64,000 nucleotides of DNA. Origin: Eledone cirrhosa (lineage: Eukaryota). Positions 29,087-42,154 of this stretch are shown here, piece after piece (the stretch's first letter is position 1; every line of letters starts with the position of its first letter). A program made the position numbers and the translations under genes. The stretch covers positions 125,302,001 through 125,366,000 of the forward strand of contig OZ024743.1 of assembly GCA_964016885.1 (NCBI GenBank), in the 5' to 3' direction. The notes under the pieces were generated by a model that saw nothing but the letters and a program-made list of their open reading frames with translations, made no database searches and was not told the DNA's origin.

Positions 29087-29405
29087 TTATATAATATATA
29101 TATATAATATATATATATATATTTATATAATATATATATAATATATATATATATTTATATAATATATATATATAATATATATATATATATTTATATAATA
29201 TATATATAATATATATATATATTTATATAATATATATATATAATATATATATATATTTATATAATATATTATTTATAATATATATATAATATATATATAT
29301 ATTTATATAATATATTATATATAATATATATATAATATATATATATATAATATATAATATATATATTATATATAATATATATATAATATATATATATATA
29401 ATATA

Positions 29406-29448
<43 letters not shown>

Positions 29449-29491
29449 ATATATATTATATATATTATATATTATATATATATTATATATA

Positions 29492-29543
<52 letters not shown>

Positions 29544-30576
29544 TATTAAAATAACAGATTAAAGTTTAAGCAAAGAATCGCTGCTTTCACCCTTAACAGG
29601 ATCTTCTGAAACTAACAAAGTCAATCTGTAAACGCAGAACTGGATATTTCAAAAAACGTTGCAACCGGAGGAAGACAGGAAGACGATACTTTGGTTCATG
29701 GTGACGTTCGCTGGCAAAGAACGGGAAAAAAAAATATATATATATATATAATATATATAATATATATATATATATATAATATATATAATATATATATATA
29801 TATAATATATATATAATATATATATATATAATATATATAATATATATAATATATATATAATATATATATAAAATATATATAATATATATATAAAATATAT
29901 ATTTATATAATATATATATATATATTTATATAATATATATATATATATATTTAATATATATATATATATTTAATATATATATATATATATTTATATAATA
30001 TATATATATATATTTATATAATATATATATATATATTTAATATATATATATATATTTATATAATATATATATATATATTTATATAATATATATATATATT
30101 TATATAATATATATATATATATATTTAATATATATATATATTTATATAATATATATATATATTTATATAATATATATATATTTATATAATATATATATAT
30201 TTAATATATATATTTATATAATATATATATTATATAATATATATATTATATAATATATATATTATATAATATATATATATATAATATATATATATATATT
30301 TATATAATATATATATATATTTATATAATATATATATATATATATATATAATATATATATTTATATAATATATATATATATATAATATATATTTATATAA
30401 TATATATATATATATAATATATATATATATTTATATAATATATATATATATATATTATATATATATATATATATAATATATATTTATATAATATATATAT
30501 TATATATATATTATATATATAATATATATATATATTTATATATATATATTTATATAATTTATATATAATATATATA

Positions 30577-30616
<40 letters not shown>

Positions 30617-30662
30617 ATTTATATATTTATATATATATATTTATATTATATATATTTATATT

Positions 30663-30694
<32 letters not shown>

Positions 30695-31115
30695 ATTTAT
30701 ATATAATATATATATTTATATAATATATATATATATTTATATAATATATATAATATATATATATATATAATATATATTTATATAATATATATTTATATAA
30801 TATATATATATATATAATATATATATATATATAATATATATATATATATAATATATATATATATATAATATATATATATTATTTATATATATATATATAT
30901 TATATATAATATATATATTAATATATAATATATATATATATATATATAATATATATATATATTATATATATTATATATAATATATATATATAATATATAT
31001 ATATATTATACATTATATATATAATATATATATATATAATATATATATATATTATATATTATATATATAATATATATATATAATATATATATATATATTA
31101 TATATATATATATAT

Positions 31116-31149
<34 letters not shown>

Positions 31150-31312
31150 AATATATATATATATTATATATATATATATATATAATATATATATATATAT
31201 ATTATATATATATAATATATATATTATATATATATAATATATATATATATATTATATATATAATATATAATATATATATAATATATATATATATATTATA
31301 TATATAATATAT

Positions 31313-31346
<34 letters not shown>

Positions 31347-32014
31347 TATATATAATATATATATATATTATATATATATAATATATAATATATATATATT
31401 ATATATATATTATATTTATATATATATATAATATATATATTATATAATATATATATAATATATATATATATATAATATATATATATTATATATATATATA
31501 TAATATATATATATATAATATATATATATTATATATATATATTATATATATAATATATATATATATATAATATATATATATATTATTTATATAATATATA
31601 TATTTATATATTTATATAATATATATATATTTATATATTTATATAATATATATATATTTATATATTTATATAATATATATATATTTATATATTTATATAA
31701 TATATATATATTTATATATTTATATAATATATATATATTTATATATTTATATAATATATATATATTTATATATTTATATAATATATATATTTATATATTT
31801 ATATAATATATATATATTTATATATTTATATAATATATATATATTTATATATTTATATAATATATATATATTTATATATTTATATAATATATATATATTT
31901 ATATATTTATATAATATATATATTTATATATTTATATATATATATATATATTTATATATTTATATAATATATATATATTTATATATTTATATAATATATA
32001 TATATATATTTATA

Positions 32015-32045
<31 letters not shown>

Positions 32046-32087
32046 ATATTTATATATTTATATAATATATATATATATATATTTATA

Positions 32088-32118
<31 letters not shown>

Positions 32119-32489
32119 ATATTTATATATTTATATATATATATATATATATATTTATATAATATATATATTATATATATATTATATATATATTTATATA
32201 ATATATATATTATATATATATTTATATATATATATTATATTTATATATATATATTATTTATATATTTATATATATATATTATATATATATTTATATATAT
32301 ATATTATATTTATATATATATATTATTTATATATTTATATATATATATTATTTATATATTTATATAATATATATATATTTATATAATATATATATATTTA
32401 TATATATAATATATATATTATTTATTTATATATATAATATATATATTATTTATATATTTATATAATATATATATATATATATATTTATA

Positions 32490-32520
<31 letters not shown>

Positions 32521-32906
32521 ATATTTATATATTTATATAATATATATATATATATATATTTATATAATATATATATTATATATATATTTATATAATATAT
32601 ATATTATATATATATTTATATATATATATTATATTTATATATATATATTATTTATATATTTATATATATATATTATTTATATATTTATATAATATATATA
32701 TATTTATATAATATATATATATTTATATATATAATATATATATTATTTATATATTTATATAATATATATATTATTTATATATTTATATAATATATATATT
32801 ATTTATATATTTATATAATATATATATTATTTATATATTTATATAATATATATATTATTTATATATTTATATATATTATATATATATTTATATATATTAT
32901 ATATAT

Positions 32907-33003
32907 TGTTATATTTGGGGAGGGTCATATTTGCGTAATATTGCCAGAATTAATAACAGAACACACTCACTGTTTGGTTGGTTTTCGCTTCTCGCTGTCT
33001 TTT
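32907..33003 (+). mobile_element. Solitary TGT-starting transposon end (copy 2)
   Basis: Direct duplicate of 27584-27680. Confidence 0.55.
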
Positions 33004-33073
33004 ATATATATATATATTTATATATATTTATATATTTATATAATATATATATTATATATATATATATTTATAT

Positions 33074-33250
<177 letters not shown>

Positions 33251-33280
33251 ATATATAATATATATATATATATTTATATA

Positions 33281-33311
<31 letters not shown>

Positions 33312-33332
33312 ATATATATATATATATATATT

Positions 33333-33371
<39 letters not shown>

Positions 33372-33560
33372 ATATATATATATATATATATTTATATAAT
33401 ATATATATATATATATATTTATATAATATATATATATATATATATTTATATAATATATATATATATATATATTTATATAATATATATATATATATATATT
33501 TATATAATATATATATATATATATATTTATATAATATATATATATATATATATTTATATA

Positions 33561-33591
<31 letters not shown>

Positions 33592-33612
33592 ATATATATA
33601 TATATATATATT

Positions 33613-33659
<47 letters not shown>

Positions 33660-34577
33660 ATATATATATATATATATATTTATATAATATATATATATAT
33701 ATATATTTATATAATATATATATATATATTTATATAATATATATATATATATATATTTATATAATATATATATATATATTTATATAATATATATATATAT
33801 ATATATTTATATAATATATATATATATATTTATATAATATATATATTATATATATTTATATAATATATATATATATATATTTATATAATATATATATTAT
33901 ATATATTTATATAATATATATATTATATATATTTATATAATATATATATTATATATATTTATATAATATAAATATTATATATATTTATATAATATAAATA
34001 TTATATATATTTATATCATATATATATTATATATATTTATATCATATATATATTATATATATTTATATCATATATATATTATATATATTTATATCATATA
34101 TATATTATATATATTTATATTATATAAATATATATATTTATGTTATATATATATATATATATTTATATTATATATATATATATATATATATTTATATTAT
34201 ATATATATATATATATTTATGTTATATATATATATATATTTATATTATATATATATATATATATTTATATTATATTTATATATATATATTTATATTATAT
34301 ATATATTTGTTATATATATATATATATATTTATATAATATATATATATATATATATTTATATTATATTTATATTATATATATATATATATATTTATATAA
34401 TATATATATATATATATTTATATTATATATATATATATATATATTTATATTATATATATATATATATATATTTATATTATATATATATATATATATATTT
34501 ATATTATATATATATATATATATATTTATATTATATATATATATATATATATTTATATTATATATATATATTTATAT

Positions 34578-34611
<34 letters not shown>

Positions 34612-34630
34612 TATATTTATATATTTATAT

Positions 34631-34662
<32 letters not shown>

Positions 34663-34719
34663 TATATTATATATATATTTATATATATATATATATATTT
34701 ATATTATATATATATATAT

Positions 34720-34753
<34 letters not shown>

Positions 34754-34934
34754 ATTATATATATATTATATTATATATATTATATATATATTATATATAT
34801 TATATTATATATATTATATATATATATATATATTTATATTATATATATATTTATATTATATTATATATATATATTTATATTATATTTATATTATATAATT
34901 ATATTATATATATTTATATTATATATTATATATA

Positions 34935-35101
34935 GCAAAAGAGTCAGGACCCCGATGGCTGCGCTCCGACAGCTGTCGAAACGGCCGGAGCTCAGCCGTC
35001 GGGGTCCTGACTCTTTTCCTATTACCCACTCTACTGCCCTAAGTATCGAGTACTCTTTTGCGTTATGGTCCACCTGGTTCCTTACCACACTTCCTTCATT
35101 G
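34935..35101 (+). mobile_element. Penelope-type pseudo-LTR relic with half hammerhead and inverted 5' duplication
   Basis: About 30-bp inverted repeat AAAAGAGTCAGGACCCCGA...TCGGGGTCCTGACTCTTTT enclosing GACAGCTGTC-GAAA-CGGC..GCCG-TC. Confidence 0.55.
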
Positions 35102-35537
35102 TATATATATATATATAATTGTTGCTGAGAAAGACGGTGCAATGGATCTGTGTGAAAAGGTTGATATCAAATCTAAAAATACTGTGATCTGGCGGCCTGT
35201 AGCGTTTGGGGGAGTCGGGCTACTGACTGCGAGATTCTAATCTTCCCTGGCGGCTCGCGTAACTGAGGTAAGTGGTGATGCTCGCGAGGGTGTTTGGTTG
35301 TTCCAGCGCATCAGCCACGCCATCACCCGAGGTAACGCTGCGAGCGTGCTAGTTTGCCTCAAAAATTATTAGAGAGGTTTCTCGATGCTCCTCGCGAAAA
35401 AAAAGTAGATATAAACGAAATAAAACAGGAAAATTGGAACCGGGGTCCTTGATAAATATTTGTAGGCATTTGACTAACTCAAATATAACTTTACAAACCA
35501 ATATCATGTCCTTTTTTTTTATTTTTATTTGTTTCAG

Positions 35538-35789
35538 AAAAATGCAATAACTGTTAATGGTAATGGAAACCATAAACCAATTGACAAACAAAAGAATGAA
35601 CCAAATCTAGATATGCTCCCTGATCTGCAGGATAAAAATGCGACTCCTAATCCACCAAACTCGATGAAAAATGAAAACAGTTTACAAGAGATATCACTGG
35701 AAGAAACTGGAACAAATGGCGATATCAAAATTGCCAGCAATGGAGATTTGTATCACGTTGTTGAGGTATATGAAAATGAACATCTATAG
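35538..35789 (+). CDS. DUOXA1: Probable terminal exon of the DUOXA-like gene (hydrophilic C-terminal tail)
   Basis: Strong polypyrimidine tract plus tttcag acceptor. Phase 0 matches the exon ending at 8921. Open frame KNAITVNGNG...VYENEHL*. The assembly gap in the intron leaves some uncertainty. Confidence 0.65.
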   Translation, partial: KNAITVNGNGNHKPIDKQKNEPNLDMLPDLQDKNATPNPPNSMKNENSLQEISLEETGTNGDIKIASNGDLYHVVEVYENEHL

Positions 35790-35832
35790 AATCTAATTTC
35801 ACCTATTTCATATATATATTATGTGTGTGTTT

Positions 35833-36092
35833 ATCGGGGGTAACCATCACAGTAAGTAAGGTACTCAATACATAGCAGAGAAATGGCTTCTACAGGACTA
35901 GAACTGTTTCTTTCGGGAGAAATCATCATATTTATACTCTGTTATGTATTGAGTACCTTACTTACTGTGGTTACCCCCCGATTGAACCCAAGATAAACTT
36001 ATCTTTTACCACTTCCTGTGCCCCTCTTAACCATCGGGCTTCCTGGTGATTTCTCCCGAATGAAACGGTTCTAGTCCTGTAGAAGCCATTTC
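35833..36092. repeat. Interleaved inverted repeats A-B-A'-B' (pLTR-like relic)
   Basis: A (35833-35880) pairs with A' (~35936-35982); B (35880-35927) pairs with B' (~36046-36092). Confidence 0.85.
36037..36087 (+). ncRNA. Type I hammerhead ribozyme with a mutated core, downstream of the DUOXA stop codon
   Basis: Stem I GGCTTC/GAAGCC; core CTGGTGA (canonical CTGATGA); stem II TTTC-TCCC-GAAT; GAAA; stem III CGG..CTG; GUA cleavage triplet. An inverted partial copy at 35881-35928 retains TGATGA and perfect stems II and III. Confidence 0.7.
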
Positions 36093-36981
36093 TATATTAA
36101 ATAAAAATAATATATATATATATATATATATAAAATTGGTTGTTTTGGAAGCCTCAACAATGCAGATGGGTAAATCTCCGGGTTACAGAATCGAGTGGTA
36201 ATGAGAGAGATGTAAGGGAATGTAGAATGAGAAGTATATGGTGTAGAGGAACGTAGGAAAGAGTGTAAAAATAATAACACGGGATAGTTACCTTGGAAGT
36301 GATTTAATTGTCCCTATATTTCACATTTTGCATCCATCAACTGGTGGTTTTCCGAGGGGAAAAGTTTTTAGCTGGAGAGGGGCAACATGTGGCCTCTGTT
36401 CTCTATCGTGTGTGTACAACTCTATATATATATATCGTGTATATAAAGACAAAATTCAAAATCACAAAATTATAATTTAAGGTTTCAGAAGTGCTTGAAG
36501 ATTTTAGAATGCATTATTTGTGTGTAACCAGCAGTGGATGATAACTCTTATCTATCTTCAAAAACAGACTATTGCAAGATAAGACTTTGCTAACGTGTGT
36601 ACATAATTTTGTTTTAAAGTGTTATACTATATTTTAAAAATATTTGTCTATCTGGATTTTATTGAATATTTATGAATTACCCATTGAACAAAAAATATTT
36701 TAAATGCTTTTTTTTTTTTATGGTGGAGATAATTGTTTTATATTCAAATGTTTCGCCAATTTCCTGGCTTCTTGAGAGCTTCGGAGTTTTTGTCAACATA
36801 TATGCATTCTGGAAAACAATGGATTTTTGTTTGAATAAGTTTAAGAGAAGACAGTTAATGTGTGTTAATCTTGTTTCTGGGTATCATCTCATATATTTCT
36901 TTTGCAAATTAAATCAACAGGGATCTATAATTTTAAATATTTATTTTCTTTCAATAAACTGTTCATGGCAAACAAAATAAA

Positions 36982-37022
<41 letters not shown>

Positions 37023-37391
37023 TGATATATTTGAATACCTCAGTCTTTTAGAAAAAGAAATTCAGATATTATTTAATAAGCAACAATTTGGCTGTTGTGG
37101 AAGCGATGAATTAAATTCATTACTACAATTGTTCCAGTATCTGTGCTGAGTTTAAATCTTGACGTTGATAAAGTACCAGTTCAGAATGATTGGTTGATTG
37201 AATTGTTAGGCATATCTTTTCTGGCTCTGTGCATTCTGAGACCAAATCTCACCCCACCTCCGTCATCGGAAAAATGATTATATGACATAATAGGACTGGG
37301 GCCCATACGATTAAAACCTATGAGATTACATCTCATAGAAGACCAGTGAAAAATTATGTAGATGTGAGCCGTAACAATAACATTTTACAGA

Positions 37392-37430
<39 letters not shown>

Positions 37431-37911
37431 TTTTATAAAGCATCGTATCTGATCTTTTTAGCATTCAAGTGATTTTTGTTTCGACAACATACGTTTCCAA
37501 TGAACTGTAGGAATTCTAGTTGAAAACTTCATTTTGTTTGTTGTTTCTGGAGTGAGTTGGCCAAATGGTGCTCATTCTCTCGAAGGCACACACATATTTG
37601 GATTTGAATTCTTTAAAATAAGCTAAACAGATATTAGATGATTGCAGTTCATAAAAGTTTTCAAATGGAAGTTGCTTACTCTTCCTACAACAATACCAGT
37701 TTACTTTTAAAATTGAACCAGTCAAAATTAAAAGTACACTTTCTTGTGCAACTCCTGGGTGTATCTGCGGCAGTTAAATGGATATGAACAGTAAATTTAA
37801 CTATGAAATACATCTTACGGCGTAAGTTAGTCAAACATACTGCAGGAAAAGTAATAGTCCAGCCTGTGTAAAAATATATTAGAAATAGTTATATGGAGAA
37901 GAAAGGAAAAT

Positions 37912-38125
37912 AATTGTTTCTACTTTAGGCACAAGGCAGCAATTTTGTAGGAGGGGAGTGTCGATTAAACTGACCTCAGTGCATTACTGGTGCTTTATTT
38001 TATCGACCCCCCCCCCCCCCGTAAGGATGAAAGGCAAAGCTAACCTCGGCGGGATTTGAACTCGGAACGTAAAGGGTCATAACTCTATGCTGCAAAGCAT
38101 GGTGTCTGACGCTCTAACGGTGCCA
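37912..38125 (-). mobile_element. Octopus-type tRNA-derived SINE
   Basis: Homologous to 11608-11790. Confidence 0.75.
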
Positions 38126-38156
38126 ATCCACTACCCTTTCAATAACTCATTATTTA

Positions 38157-38666
38157 CTAGTTGACGTACCCGGGTAAATAGATAAGAGAAAATTACTGTA
38201 TTGGATGTTAGTCTGGTTTACAGTATAAGGTGAGTCTGGTGTGTGTATTACAAAAAAAAATAAACAATAAAAAAAATCTTCCAGTTACACAATTCTTCGT
38301 TTTACCGTTCATGCATAGTATATGAAGATTTCTAGGTGTTGCCAACCATGAACAACCTACATGGGTAAAAAGCAATTCTCTTGTATTCAATTCTACAACT
38401 CTGAGCCTGAACTTTATTTACGGTCATAGCAAAACTGCCTCTAACGGGGAACTGAAGTCTTGAGAATTTGAATGGCAGCTCGGAAGGGGTAAGAGGAATC
38501 TTAGGAATAAATGCATTTTCTCGTTGATGGTTGCCTCCAAGAATATTGACCTCTAGATGATGGTTCATCATCCTCCTGGCTTTAAAGTGAGTCATTGCAT
38601 AGAAGTAGAGGGTCCACGTTTCTCAAAAGTATGATGGAAGTCCATATCTTTTATATTATATATAGA
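38157..38666 (-). mobile_element. Short non-autonomous Helitron retaining the PIF1 helicase C-terminus
   Basis: Minus strand begins TCTATATATAATATAAAAG and ends CCCGGGTACGTCAACTAG|T. Encodes IPKIPLTPSELPFKFSRLQFPVRGSFAMTVNKVQAQS and GKTKNCV. Confidence 0.85.
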
Positions 38667-38678
38667 TAATTGTATATA

Positions 38679-38733
<55 letters not shown>

Positions 38734-39099
38734 CCACCGTCCGAATCGTGTTTAAATCTCTGTATCTGATTAAGTAATTACATGAAGATGTGTGTGTATG
38801 ACACTAAGGCGTAACGTGCGTAACAAACACGCAAACACACACTCGTATACAAAATGTGACGTCGTCGTGTTATAAAATATCCGTTTACTTATAGTTGTCT
38901 ATAGTAGATTACTTTAGATAAAGTGTTATATTGTTTTAATCCAGATGGAAATAAGAATATGTTGTCACTCCCAGGGTTTAGTACTATTAATTTGTAAAAT
39001 TTGATTTGTTCGAGCTGTTTGGGAATGCATAAGGAAGGGACAGACAGAGAGACAAAGAATTTTATATAGAGAGATTCAGACAAGTTTGCGAGATGACTC

Positions 39100-39650
39100 G
39101 GAGACAGTAACGACGCCCAAAGATAAGACATGGAAGGACTTTGGGCTTAAGCTGGAATCCGACTTTAGATCAGCAAATATTGTTTTGACAAACCATCCGC
39201 CGACTTCGTAATAAGAAGCCTTCCTCCACACCTGCTACCAAGAACGCATCTGGGGTTCTCTCTTCGGTGAGGGGGAGAGAATACTTTGCTGATCTCCTAA
39301 ACCTGATCGCAACAGCATCTGATATACACGAGATGCATCTGGGAGTGATGACTAATCTCTTGGAGGCTGAGGTCACAAGAGCAATTAATGAGCTCAAATG
39401 TGGCAAGGCTGCTGGGGAGGGGGGGGGATATGAAATCCGACTCGAGATGTTAAAAGCCTTAAATAGAGTAGGTATTCTCTGGTTGACTCATGTGTGTCAG
39501 GTAGTCTAGATCTCTGGAAAGGCACGTAAACAATGGTAATTGCAAATGATAATACCAATTTTTCAAAAAGGGAGATAAGAGAGATTGTTCCAATTACATA
39601 GGGATCTCCTTGTTAAGCCTCTCCAGTAAAGTCTAAGCAAATTGGAGATG
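39100..39650 (+). mobile_element. Degenerate RTE-type LINE ORF2 fragment
   Basis: EVTRAINELKCGKAAG..EIRLEMLKAL..WLTHVCQV and KGDKRDCSNYIGISLLS motifs upstream of the RT. Confidence 0.75.
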
Positions 39651-39718
39651 CTGATAGTTAATTCAATTAGATAGTAAATTATGTAAAAAGCAGATGAAAT
39701 ATAGAATAAATATATATG

Positions 39719-40060
39719 AAGGCACATGGCTTAGTGGTTAGAGCATTGGCCTTGCAATCGAAAGGTTGTGAGTTCAATTCTCAGACCGGGTGATGTGTTG
39801 TTTCCTTGTGCAAGACACTTTATTTCACATTGCTCCAGTTTACTCAGCTGTAGAAATGAGATGATAGGGACTGGGGTCCATATCATTCCACTGCAAAGTA
39901 GTCATAGAGGTGCCACGGCAAAAAAGCACCCAGCACTCACTGTAAATGAGATTGGTGTTAGCAAGGGCATCCAGCTGTAGAAATCAAGCCAGAATCAGTT
40001 CCCGTCCCACCCTTGCAAGCAGGGAAAAAGCGGACGTAAAATGAAATGATGATGATGATA
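39719..40060 (+). mobile_element. tRNA-derived SINE with (GAT)n tail (repeated in each array unit)
   Basis: A box TGGCTTAGTGG, B box GAGTTCAATTC, AAGGGCATCCAGCTGTAGAAA core and (GAT)n tail. Confidence 0.8.
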
Positions 40061-40419
40061 TTTTCATGGTAAATGCTTTATCCCACATAATTATTTCACA
40101 TAATATCGAATCTATGAGATTTTGAAAGTATTTATTTTGAGAACAATACCTTAACATCAGTTTGAATGACCAGTTACAGCCAGTTTCAACAGAAAGAGGT
40201 AGAGAATTCTGGCCGGTTTGGGCCAGTTTAAACATTAAAGGGTTAAACCATAGTGTACAAGAAATCAAATGAAATAGAGGTGCAGAGACACTTGTGTCCC
40301 CCCCTAGCTGATACATTCACTAGTATTTATGGTTTTCACAAAGATGTTCATTCAAACTGGTGAAATTTCATGTGGTAAGAATACAATCAACATCTGTTGT
40401 GCAGTAAAATTATACTATC

Positions 40420-40700
40420 ACCTAGTCAAGTTTAATATCCAAGCAGCAGCCAATGGTTACCTGGTATTGCAACAAACAAAATAGTCAAGTCTCAATTCCA
40501 AGCAACAATCAAAGTGTGTTTATTACCTAGTATGTTGACAAACCACATAGATATATCTCATTTCCAACCAACAAAGGATTTTTATCATATAGTATGGCAA
40601 AAAAAAACACATAATCACGCCTCATTTCCAACCAACAAAGGCTATTTATGATCTAGTATGGTTACAAACCACATAGTCAAGTTTCATTTCCAACCAAACA
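40420..40700. repeat. Degenerate ~60-65 bp minisatellite inside each array unit
   Basis: Recurring ATAGTCAAGT.TCATTTCCAACCAACAAAGG..TAGTATG motifs, 4-5 copies. Confidence 0.7.
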
Positions 40701-41141
40701 TTTAGGAGGCATGTTAGGTGTAACAAATACAAATAAACAATCCCACTAGTTTTGAAAGATTTATCAACTTAATATCTCTTAATTGTATAGCCAGCCTGAA
40801 GGTTACCATGAAAACATTTATCATAGAAGATAAAATTCTATGAATTACTAGAGCCAAGTTTAACATGATGACAAAATATAGTTCTGGGTTTCATCCTACT
40901 ATGCAGCACACTAGACAAATGTCTTCTACTTTAAATTTGGGTTGGCCAAAGCTTTACAAGTGAATTTCGATAGATAGAAACTGTCTGGCAGCCATCAGAG
41001 AAAACATTCCGGTTTTAGGATGATAGACTAAATATGTTGCCCCAGTTAACATCATTATCTGGCCCTTAGGTACATTTAGCAGCACACACTGTTGTAAATA
41101 TTCAGGCTAGGTCTCCAATATGATTCTTCTCTTCCTCTTAC

Positions 41142-41156
41142 CAGTCTCGGAAGAAC
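41142..41156 (-). other. Candidate 15-nt microexon (repeated in each unit, e.g. 43997-44011)
   Basis: Minus strand reads ttattatttctttgcag|GTTCTTCCGAGACTG|gtaaga, with near-consensus acceptor and donor. Confidence 0.45.
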
Positions 41157-41465
41157 CTGCAAAGAAATAATAAGCATTCCCTTTTTTTCCTCAGACAAAA
41201 CATAAATAAATAAAAAGGAAATTTGTTATAAAATTGTTTTTATTGTATAATTTAAAATATATTTATACATATATATATTGGTATTTGTTGTTGTTGTTGG
41301 TGACATACACGCAGTCTAAATATTTATTCATGGTGTTTCCTCTAATATTGTAAAGAGTCCACTCTGATACAAAGAATTCATTTCTCACATCACCATGTGT
41401 ATAGAGACTACCACAAATAAATCAAGAATTGCCACACTGCAATTACAACTTTGATGAATTGCATA

Positions 41466-41501
<36 letters not shown>

Positions 41502-41505
<4 letters not shown>

Positions 41506-41823
41506 ATACTTTGGGAAGGTCATGCTGACAATAAAAACACACACACCTGTTGGTTTTCACTTCAATTTATTATAAATTTCCAGTTGGTTGGTTGCTTGAT
41601 TCAATAACCAGATGGTTGTTTATATATTGTCAAAGCTCTTTCGTCACACATACTGTGACTGGGTTTTTATTTTGTGTCTCTCCTTTGTTCTGTCCTACAC
41701 CATCTTGTTTTTGTGTGTTGACAACACACAAACCAACCAACTAGCTGGAAATTTATAAATTCAAGTGAAAACCAACAGGTGCATGTACTGTTATTTGCAG
41801 CAAGACACTCCCAAACTATAACA
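41502..41823. mobile_element. MITE with ~90-bp imperfect TIRs, TGT..ACA ends and ATAT flanks (Ginger-like), in each array unit
   Basis: ATAT|TGTTATACTTTGGGA...CACCTGTTGGTTTTCACTT matches AAGTGAAAACCAACAGGTG...TCCCAAACTATAACA|ATAT. Confidence 0.7.
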
Positions 41824-41992
41824 ATATCTGTTTCAACACATGCTTTCAGATAAGAAATCTTGCAAAACGAATTCAAAAACGAAGTATATATATGTGTGTG
41901 TGTGTGATGCCCCAGCATGGACTCAGCCTGTCAGCTGGAATATGTAACAGAATAATATATACATATATATATACTTCTTGTTGAAATATTGT

Positions 41993-42154
41993 TCACGTTC
42001 TTGGGGAATCTTTTGAGTCTTGATTAGAAGTAAAGTCATAAGGCTTCCACCAGTTTGAAAACTGTAAGACTTTCTGTCGTTGAACTTCAAACTTCTCATT
42101 ACGGCTTTTACGGAAAAGATACGTATCAGCATCAATCATACCTCCAATAATTTC
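41993..42154 (-). CDS. CWF19L2: CWF19-like protein 2 terminal coding exon, copy 1 (most distal; Thr variant)
   Basis: Acceptor ...cttggaacacag|. Translates EIIGGMIDADTYLFRKSRNEKFEVQRQKVLQFSNWWKPYDFTSNQDSKDSPRT*, matching the CwfJ C-terminus (EIIGGMLD...QFAQWWKPYDFT) of CWF19L2. Confidence 0.88.
   Translation of the reverse strand, partial: EIIGGMIDADTYLFRKSRNEKFEVQRQKVLQFSNWWKPYDFTSNQDSKDSPRT

Noticed and set aside
36986-37425. Poly-T runs as retrocopy tails
   Set aside because: No recognisable coding or TE body, and no TSD could be assigned.
39719-39795. tRNA gene repeated in each unit
   Set aside because: A and B boxes are present but the cloverleaf is imperfect, and it continues into a SINE body and (GAT)n tail.
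39768-42135. Repeated short ORFs from the track (MSSILRPG.., MYQLGG.., MVFTS.., MLGHH.., MMLIRIF..) as a gene family
   Set aside because: They overlap the SINE or MITE, or are an off-frame reading of the CWF19L2 exon. Recurrence reflects only the tandem duplication.
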